From: Mesotaenium endlicherianum | Taxonomy: Eukaryota | Direction of reading: 5' to 3' | DNA: 60,280 nt | Assembly (NCBI GenBank): GCA_009602735.1 | Contig: WELA01002258.1 | Coordinates: 295,302-355,581, forward strand | Part shown: piece by piece, positions 51,271-60,280 of the stretch | Numbering within the stretch: the first letter of the stretch is position 1 | How the letters are laid out: each line of letters starts with the position of its first letter | The notes under the pieces: generated by a model | The model's input: only the letters and a program-made list of their open reading frames with translations | What the model was told of the DNA's origin: nothing | The model's database searches: none | Position numbers and translations under genes: made by a program

Positions 51271-53994
51271 ATGCGGTCATATGACTCATCCTCATTGTTG
51301 GATTCGACTCTTGACGAGCGCTTTACCGACCTGCCTGCTGAGATCCCATATCTCGGACGTGTATCTAGGTGGCACCCCTTGCTAGGCCTCGCTCTCTACG
51401 CGCTCATCCTTCTCGCTTCAGTCGTTCTGCTCGTTACCTCCGCGACCGGGCTGCTGTGGCTCAAGCTCGTGGAGCCCGTCCAGGCGCTGGTCGCGCTCGA
51501 TGTGCTCGCGCTCGTCTGCTCGGGCGCTCTGCAATGTTACCTCTGCACGTGCCTCAGAGGTTACCTCTCTCGAGGCTACCTCTCGCACTCCCAGCACATG
51601 CAGAGGCTCGTTCCTCTTCCCACTTGTACGGCCTCCGCTTTCACGGCCTTAGGGCTGCTCCTCACGCTCTGTCCCTATCCCATCCGCATACTCGCCTTGT
51701 ACATTGCATCGATGAGCGAGATGTTAGCGTTGGGGGGCATAGCTTTTTGGATATTGAAAGAAGAGCGTAGAGCCCAGCGGAGCCTGCCGGACGCGCATGT
51801 GCTGCTGACGTCAGCCCTGAGCCAGGCCGAGGCTGGCGGGTATGAGCCAGACGGGTACGACTACGGTGAGAAAGGGAACCTGGTGGAGCGCCAGGCCCTG
51901 CTCCTGCGCTTTCAGCATGACGCGCTTCGCCAGCTCAGCTTGGAGGCACATTCTCTGCCCTCTCTCTTCACCCCCTCCCCCTCCGCCCCCCCAACTTCTC
52001 TCACAAAGACTTGCAAAACCACCTCCGTTCCCCCCCTCTTCTCCTCTCCCCCCCCCTCTTTCNTTTGAGTAGCTGCTCCTTTTGCTGGCCTTCTGGAAGC
52101 TCTCCAGCAGCAAGACCGGCCACGCGTCCCTCCCCAGTGAGAGCAAGGGGAAGACGAGGGAGGTGTCAACGAAGAACACGCCTGCTCTCCTCACTCGGGA
52201 GGTTTGAGGCTCAAGGTGTCGATACTGAGAGGTGCCTGCGTGCTCGGCACGTCTAGTCTGGCCCTCGATTCTGTGACAGAGGGGAGAAGGCAGAGCGAAG
52301 AAGGCAGAAGGGAGAGGAGAGGGGGGAAAATGGAGAGTTGGGGGCTGGGACTGGGATGGGGGACTGGGGCTGGAGCTGGGAGCTGAGGTCTGGGGGGTTG
52401 TCTCTGGAGCACGTGAGAGAATGCCACCTGGCGGGCAGGTGTGGCATGCCTTGAGCTAGGGATGTCGTAATTTCCCCTGCTCTCTCCTTAGAGATGCTTG
52501 CAAATGCTCTGCTGGTGCCCGTGCATACTCATCGTGCACGTGCTGCAGGAGCAGGGGGAGGGGGACGGGGACGAGAAGGGGGGAAAAAGGGGGGAGAGAC
52601 GGGGAAGGGGAGGGGAGTTTGGGGTAGGATGGGTTGAAAGGTGGAGGTGGAGGAAGGCAGGATCCCTCCTGAAGCTTGTGCAGGGAGGGGGGTTCCCGGA
52701 GCCGCCTCTTTGACTTTTGAAGGTTATATCAGGCCTAAGATTTCTGAGGGTTATTTGTTTCTCTTTTGGCTCCCGCCAAGCCAGAGTGCTGGCATGCCAG
52801 GTTGCTGACATAGCGTACAAGCAGACAACATAGGAATGAGGATCGGCGACGCTTGGCTGACAAGTGGCGGCTCGCTGTCCGTGCATGCGTCGCTGCTGGT
52901 GCGCACGCACAGGTGTTGCAGCTGCAGTCGCGTGCGAGCGCGAGGGGGAGCGGGGGTCACCTCCGGGGAGGAGGCGGGGATGAGGCGTGGGAGGACCAGG
53001 CAGAGCTGCTGGCGGCGCGCGAGCAGGAGGTGCGCGCGCTGGCGGGAGAGCGCGAGCAGCTGCAGCTGGAGCTCCAGCTGGCGCGCTCGCACGCGGCGGA
53101 GCTGCAGGACTCGCTGCAGCTGCTGCGCGACAACACCCAGAAGGTGAGGTAACGGGACAGCTGGCGGACGGCCGTTGGACAGCTGGCAAATGGCTGGCGG
53201 GCAGCTGGCGGACAGCTGGCAGGCACCTGGCAGGCACTCAGGCCACGGGGGAGTTGTGGGGCTTGCTGATTGGCTTTCCGCACGCACACATGGTTTGATG
53301 TCGCCTCTGGGCTAAACATCCACTTCTATGTTGCCAGTGAGTTTGTTTCTGTTTGTGTGTGTGTGTGATGGTGCACATGGTCACATGTTTACTCGCCTGT
53401 ATCAATAGTTGCGTGGGTGTACATAGTAAGTGTGTGTTACGATCACAAAATTATGCCCATGCGTGTGTCCGCACACGCACACTCTCCATCCGGGCATATG
53501 CCTTTTGCCCCGCATGCGCGCATTTGAGGTGGGCGGCGTGCAGCGTGCGGCGTGCGGCGTGCGGTGATGATGAGTCTGGGACCCGTGCGGGTGCCACGAG
53601 CATTCATGGGCTTTTGCATGCAATACCTCTATGTTATATTCTAGTCTCGCTGAGCGCAGGCGGGAGCCCTCAGTGGCCCTCACGACTGTGTGCACGCGTA
53701 AATTGTGGTGTGGGCCCGTGTGGGGTGGGGATTGCGAGCGCGCGCGCGTGCGTGCACGCATGCGTGCGTACACGTGTGGGGATGTGGGGGGAGCAGCACA
53801 TGGACGAGAACGCGCGGCTGAGATTGATGCTGGACGAGTGGAGCGCACGCTCTGCCCAGCTGGAGGTGGGCCTGGAGGCGCAGCGGGCGGCTGCCGCCCA
53901 CCTGAAGCGCAAGCTCCAGCAGCAGCAGCAGCAGCAGCAGCAATCGCAGCCGCCGCAGCAGCAGTACGCTGGCGAGACGTCCTCTAGGCCGTGA
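51271..53994 (+). CDS. TMEM192-family membrane/coiled-coil protein (plant FRIGIDA-interacting protein 1-like)
   Basis: Exons 51271-51945 (GC donor), 52913-53143 and 53797-53994 join in frame. Four hydrophobic segments with GYLSHSQHMQRLVPLP, then ERQALLLRFQHDALRQLSLEVLQLQ, LLAAREQEVRAL, ENARLRLMLDEWSARSAQLE. The start codon is uncertain. Confidence 0.82.
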
Positions 53995-53996
53995 CT

Positions 53997-54037
<41 letters not shown>

Positions 54038-55752
54038 CGTAGTGCGCTGGAGAGAATTCGTCTTGGCCTTGACTGGTGCCAGCAAGGCCCGGGGGGGGGG
54101 CGCTCAGTACAACAGCCTGCCTGAAGTGCAAGCTCCAGCAGCAGCAGCAGCAGCAGTGGCAAGCAGGAACAGCAATGGCAGCTGCAGCCGCAGCCTTAGC
54201 AACCTGGAGAGACATCTTGTTTATGCACTGCGACATGAGCGCGGCAAGGGGGGGGGTGTCTGAGCATTTCGACAGCTGATATAGGAGCTACTAAAACCAC
54301 TTATTAGCAGCAGCTGTAGCAGTAGCAACAGCTTGCTCGAGAGACATCCCCCAGGGAGTGGGAAATCGCGACAGTGCGTCGATTTGCAACTTGTTTGAAG
54401 GCTGACCCGGCAGCTGCAGCAGCAGCATCTTGCAGGGGTGCCATGTAGGCAGTGACTAGTGGGAATGTGATGTGCGGAGGGGAAAGGGAGGGTGAGGTTG
54501 GGGTGAGGTTGGGGTGAGGTTGGGCAACGCAAGTGAATACGTGTGTTGCAGCTCTGGTGCATATGATTGCAAGAGCGGGGCATGTCTCCTGTTCCTTTGT
54601 TTGTTGTGATCCTCGTCCTCGCAGACACTCTCCTCCGCCTTCTTGGTCTTGGGCTTCTTCTTCTCCTCCTTCTTTTCTTCAGGAATAGCGCATTACGCTT
54701 GAAGATAGCTACGGCTTCTTGGACAAGGCGGTTGGTTCTGCAAATAATCAGGTTAGGTGATGAATATTGGATAGAGGTTCACAACAATGTGCGCACTGGA
54801 AATGGGTCGTGGAAGACCTATTCACAGCTGTCGTCACCTGCAACAGCATGCAGCTTGTTTAATTCCACTTTCAGACTTCTGTTGGAGATGCTGCGTGCGG
54901 GTACCAGGAGCAAGTGAGTGTTGGAGTTTGATCGAGGGATCAATGTTGAATGTGTACGAGACTGACTGCACATTTTGCTTTCACCACGTGCTTGATAAGG
55001 TCGCGCAAACGCAGGCGTGTGAGTTTTAGCAGATTGACTCCATATGAAAATGATGCTGCAAAATTCGAGGTCAAACGAGCTAGATTGGCATACAATTATA
55101 TTGGACTTTTATACTGCCTGTTGTCTACTAGCATGTGAACATATTTACTCGAAGCCTCTACACCTGTCATAGCGCATGCACACAAACTCAGCTGAAAGCC
55201 CGGATATTGCTTGAAGTACGTATATCAGAACATTGAGCCCGACCTGCACTCCATCCAAAGAGCTGTATGAATACTTGTGATGCACTGGTATGATGACGGT
55301 GAGCAGCACTCATTTCTCGCTGGTACTTTTCAGGTGCTGAAGCTACACAGCATACTGGCTGAGCCCATGAAGTTGCGGCGCCGGCAAGTCATTCGGAGTT
55401 GCTATATCAAACAATTTAATTTCCACTAACGTTCGCCAAGGGGTATAGAGACCTATGGCGAGTTGAGAACAGGAACTCAAAGTAGTACATGCATAGAGAA
55501 GGAATATTATTATGTACACAGGCCCTTCCACCTAGTCACCTACTCTGTCCTAGTATTGAGGTCTCCCTCCCCATTGCTGCTCCCAAGGGAGAGAGCCAGG
55601 TGAACCTTGAGCACGCCAGCCGCACTCCCTCCCTCCTGCAATCCTTCTGCCGTCCTCTACTCAAGCGTGAGGAGATGCGTCGCCAGTTGTCTGTGCCCAA
55701 ATTGAGCTGCGTAGCTTGCCAGCTGGACCCCACATGCAAACGCGTGCACGCG

Positions 55753-55803
<51 letters not shown>

Positions 55804-55935
55804 ACAGGCATGCACACATTAGTACTTACACCATACTCAGACTGTATACCAGCCAAAACAGTCCGCAGATAGTGCAGGCATGTACCCACGAGCATGTTCC
55901 AATGTGGCAGGACTGTGGAGGCAGGAAGCTCTCAC

Positions 55936-58900
55936 CCAAGGCAGCAGGTGGCGCTTGTCTACGCCCCATTTGGCAGCAACTTCCACCATCCCTCTCTCCA
56001 GCGACGCTCCGTCGCTCTCCAAGCCTCCCGTCGCCGACCCTGCCCCTGTCGCTGTCCTTATTGCTGTCGCCATCGCTGTCGCTGTTGCCGACTTGTGACT
56101 TCCGCTCCCTCTCCTGCTCCCTCGCGTGCTCTCGCTCTTACTTGCAGCGTCAGTGCCGCCTCCCTCTCCCCATAGGGTGTGCTGCCTCAAGTAGCCTGCC
56201 AGTGTCTGCAACACCAGTTGCAGCCGGGCCCTCTCCACCTCCTCCGCGAGCGCGGTTGCCCGTGCCTCAGCAGAGGCCACTCTCTTCTCCGCTTTTCTCC
56301 TCTCCTTCTCCTTCTCCTCCTCCTCTTTCTCCTTTGCCCTCTTCCGCTCCTCCTCCTCCTCCTCAGCGGCCTTGCCTGCCAGCTCCTCTCCCCAGCGCCC
56401 CTGCTCCTGCTCCTGCCCCTGTTCCTGCTGCTGCTGCTCCATCTGCTGGTGCTGGTGCTGGTGCTGCTGCTCCCGACTCGTCGCCTCCTCCTCGCCCTCC
56501 TCTTCAGAGCTGCTGCTGTCAGAGTCAGAGTCCGAAGATCCCCAGAAGCCCACATAGCTGGAGGAGGAGACCACAGGCTTGGGCTTAGCCCCGCTAGCGC
56601 GCGTGACACCTGGCGCACTCGGCACGCTTGGTGCCGTCGTTGCTGTCACAGGAGTCAATGGAGGGGCTGTCGCACTGTCATCCGGGCCGGCTGTCACTGA
56701 CACTGCTGCTGGCGGTGCTGCCGGCGCCGCTGCTGGTTCCACCACCGCCGTCGCTGTCGCTGTAGGCGTTGCCGTGGCTGCTGCTGCTGTCGTTGTGGGC
56801 GCTGCTGCAGCTGTTGCGGCTGACAACCCCCCTCTTATAGTGGACAAAGAGGGAAGGTAGTGCAGCGCTGGCACCTGCAGTGGCTCCCCTCCCAAGTTGA
56901 GGTCAATATCATAAGGATGACATACAGGCCATGAATATTTGGCTTGAGGCCCTCAGAGTTGAGGTTGAGAAGTGAGGGGCTTCAAGCTGATGCTGGCCTG
57001 CAGAGGAAAGTTCCAGCGGGGCATGTATGTGTATGTGTATGTGTGTGGGTGTGGGTGTGGGTGTGGGTGGGTGTTTTTGTGGGCATGCGTGTGTGCGTGT
57101 GTTTGTGCGTGTGTGCAGGTGCCGCCCTTTGGAGCCAAACCCAAATGTACTTTGGAGAGCTTGAAGCCTGACAGCTACTCAGCATAGCCCTTGGCCTGAG
57201 CCCCACTCTCTCTTCCTGTTGCAGGCCTTGCACTACAAGCATACAAACACACACACACGCACACACACATGCACGCGCTCGCGCCCACACGCACGCGCAT
57301 GCAGGGGGGAAATCATACGCCCACGCGTGCGGACACGCACACGTGGACACGGCCCATGCATTGTACCACAGGAGCCCAGAGTTAGCACAGGGAGAGGCGT
57401 CTGAAGGTGCCAGCTGGCCAGAGAAGGAAGGAAGCGCGCAGAAGGATACACCAGGGTGATGAGGGGCAGAGGGGCGAAAGGGGGAGGANNNNNNNNNNNN
57501 NNNNNNNNNNNNNNNNNNNNNNNNNNNNNNNNNNNNNNNNNNNNNNNNNNNNNNNNNNNNNNNNNNNNAGGAGGAGGAAGGGGAGGGGGAGGGGGGGGGC
57601 GCGAGGGGAGAGGATGTCTGTGCGACGACACCTGTAGCCCCTGCCGGTGGCACGAGAACGCGCACTCCAGCGCCGCGCGCGCCCTCAGGCCCGTCAGCGC
57701 CGCCCGGGCGGCGCCCTCCACGCGCATCTTGCCAGCTGCCAGCTCCACATACGCCCCCAGCTCCACGTCTGCCAGCTGTCGCTCCCCTCCTCCCCACTCC
57801 CCCCCTCCACCTCCTCCTCCTCCACGGCTGCCTGACTCAGCTGCTTGAAAGGAGCGCGAGTTGGAGTCTGAGGTTGAAAAGGACGAAGCTGCCGAGTGGT
57901 GGTGGGGTTGTGTCTCTGGGGGAGGCAGGGGGGGGAGGAGGGTGCGCAGGGAGGGCATTTGCTTTCCTAGCAGCCACTGCCCGCTCGCAAGCCACAGGGA
58001 CGAAGAAGAGCAAGACGCAGAAAGAGAGAGAGGAAGCGCAGCAAGAGGGAGGAGAAGGGGGAGAGGAGGAAGAAGGAGGAGGATAAAAGAGATGAAGAAG
58101 GATAAGGAAACAAAGACGATGGAAAAGGGGGGGGGGAAAAAAAGACGGCAGTGGAGGGGGAGAAGGGGAAGGAGGAGGAAGGAGAAGCAAGAAGGAGGAG
58201 GAGGAGGAGGAAGAGAAAGAGAAGGAAGAGAAGGAAGAGGAGGAAGGGAAAAGCAAAGAGGCACCGTCAGCTGCTGTTATATATGTGGGGGGGGCCATTC
58301 ACTTCCTCCTGTCAGAATATACCCAGCTTGCCCACGCTGTCATGCCTTCAGGAAGGATGTGAGGGGACACTCTTTAAAGCCCCTTGTATGTTTTGCAAGC
58401 CTGTGAAAGTCGTGTGGGTGTGAGTGTGTCTAGCAGACATAGTTACTATATCTGCCTGTGTGCGTATCACGTTTTTTTTTTTTTTTAATGAATATATATA
58501 TGTATATATATGTGTACCTTCATGTTTGCGGCCTGAAACTTTCTTTACAGAGCCTCGGGAAGATTCGAATGCTTTCTACGCTGGGGGTCAAGCACACGCA
58601 GCCAGGGCCTCTCTCACGCTGCCACTTGCTGCTACTCGAGGGCCCGTGCGGTGGAAGACCGCGTGGGCACTGGAGCCGACAGGTGGCACCAGGAACTAAG
58701 AGAGGGCTGCCAGGCTGGCACCATAGAATGGCCCATCATTGGAACATTGGAACATTGGAACAATCCATACATCACCTCGCCAGGAGCACAGAGGCATTCC
58801 GAGCAACCAGACTAGAATAGTGACTCCCAAGAACTGCGACTTGAAGCATCAGCTGAGCACATTATTCGGTAAAGAGAGCCCAAATTCCCCGCATCCAATC

Positions 58901-60229
58901 GCGGTTATCATTCCTTCTTCTTTATTGCTCATATTGTATTGTCTACGGAATTCTTGACTCATTCACCAGAAGCAGACAGTCCCAACATCAAAGAACAAAC
59001 GAATGTCCATTTCATCGCACATACACCCACAGCACCCCAGAGTAGAGTGCCTGCGCGGGCGGTCCCCACCTGGAGCAGGCTGGCCTGCCACATGTCGCCC
59101 CGCTGGCGAGCGGCCGGCAGCAGCGTCTCGGCCACCAGCGCCGCCACGTGGCGGCTCTCCGGCGTCTCCGCCAGGCGGCAGATGACGAGGCCCATCTGAG
59201 GGTCCCCCATGTTCTTGCAGCAGATCTGAGCTGCTGAGAGCACGTCCCCCGCCAGCACGAAGAAAGCAGCCGCCAGCTGGAACTTGTGCTGCCCGAGGAG
59301 CACGTACGCGTTCTTCAGCGCCGCCGATCTCGCCCTCTCCTCCTGCAAGGAAGCAAGTGCGTGAGAGAGTGAGCAAACGAGCGAGCAGGCGAGTGAGCAA
59401 GTGAGCACAGTGTGCGCGCGTGAGCAAGCGGACAAGCGCGCGAGTGTAAGCGTGTGCATATGCGTATGGAGGCGCACGCCGACACGCGCACGCTCACAGG
59501 CACACGCCCGCGGGGGGTCCTTCTTTTTGGTACTGATCCTGTGCACACCAGGGCCGCCACTGGAGCTCTGTGCACCCGCCACATGGCGCCGTTCCAGGCG
59601 GGGACCTCTGACTTGGCTAGCGGCGTTCCGTAGAGGGAAGATACCTGACGCGAGACAATGTGCACGGACTGCAAATTTTGCGCGTTCGTGCCAAGATCAA
59701 CATCCCTCTGCGTCCGCGCCACTTGCATGGTGACACAATCTAAACGTCCGCACATCAGAGGTTTAGGGTTTAAGGGGCTCAGGGTTGAAAGTCAGGGATG
59801 AGCATATCGGAACTTTGAGTCCTGCAAGTCCGCCTCCTGCCAGGTGGCGGGGAGTGGCGTCCTCTGCAGCAGGCAGGGGCGGCGCGCGGGCGTGCTTTAA
59901 GGGGGGAGGAGGGCTAGAGGCGCTCTAAACGCTTCAGCGACAAGAGAACCCTACCCTGAAGTTCTGCGAGAGGAAGGTCATGAGCTTGATTGCAATTTGA
60001 GCCTCAGACCTCACGTTAGTTAGGGCTTGCAGACAGGTCTTGAAAGGAAGCATGTAAACTATACTTTGAAGTTCTGCGAGAGGAAGGTCATGAGTTTTCG
60101 GTCCTTTTCGTCGTGGCTGAGCTTCAGCAGGCCCGCCAGCACCGCCGGCCTGCCAAGTGTCAGGTAAAGGAGCGCCGACTCCTTGGGATCCCGACGCTCC
60201 AGATACTGCGCTCGCGCCACCTTCTCCAT
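55936..60229 (-). CDS. RAVE complex subunit Rav1 / DMXL (Rabconnectin-3alpha)-like protein, Rav1p_C region; partial
   Basis: Phase-0 exons 60065-60229, 59070-59342, 57632-57976 and 55936-56874. Peptides ARAQYLERRDPKESALLYLTLG..FLSQNFKEERARSAALKNAYVLLGQHKFQLAAAFFVLAG..DPQMGLVICRL..WQASLLQWLLG. The 5' part lies beyond the right edge and the 3' end is unresolved. Confidence 0.88.
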
Positions 60230-60280
60230 CTGCTCCCCCCCCGTTCCGCCCTCCCCCCAACCCATAACCCCCCCGCCCCC

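Noticed and set aside
54560..55710. Possible further Rav1/DMXL exons (e.g. ~55606-55706) and a K/E-rich stretch near 54600-54690
   Set aside because: Splice-like sites exist but I see no recognisable homology, so they cannot be supported without transcripts.
59758..59790. Telomere-like TTTAGGG words (also near 9934 and 12299)
   Set aside because: Only one or two degenerate units each, not an array.

Overview
Eukaryotic nuclear DNA, most likely from a streptophyte alga or early-diverging plant (inferred from plant-type genes, GC-rich exons and microsatellite-rich introns). GC-rich gene islands hold four intron-containing genes: a partial UDP-glucose:glycoprotein glucosyltransferase (UGGT, - strand, ~0.2-11.1 kb), a complete cytochrome-b5-fused Delta6-type front-end fatty-acid desaturase (+, 41.2-45.8 kb), a TMEM192/plant FIP1-like gene (+, 51.3-54.0 kb) and part of a RAVE/Rav1 (DMXL-like) gene (-, 55.9-60.2 kb). 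Between them lie nested, decayed transposable elements: two LTR families, a TIR element and a piggyBac fragment. A 3.1-kb poly-C run is an assembly artefact. The standout is a 12.1-kb Ty3/gypsy element (20597-32707, 4-bp TSD TACA) with four unusual properties. It carries a full C5 DNA-cytosine methyltransferase between protease and RT. It has a PHD finger after the integrase. It has a Tf1-style self-complementary primer-binding site instead of a tRNA PBS. It has a split/permuted LTR layout A-[ORFs]-B-A-B, which is what would result from integrating a 2-LTR circle at an internal CA-gc-TG site. This copy is inactivated by stops and frameshifts. All identifications come from motif recognition by eye; no searches were run.
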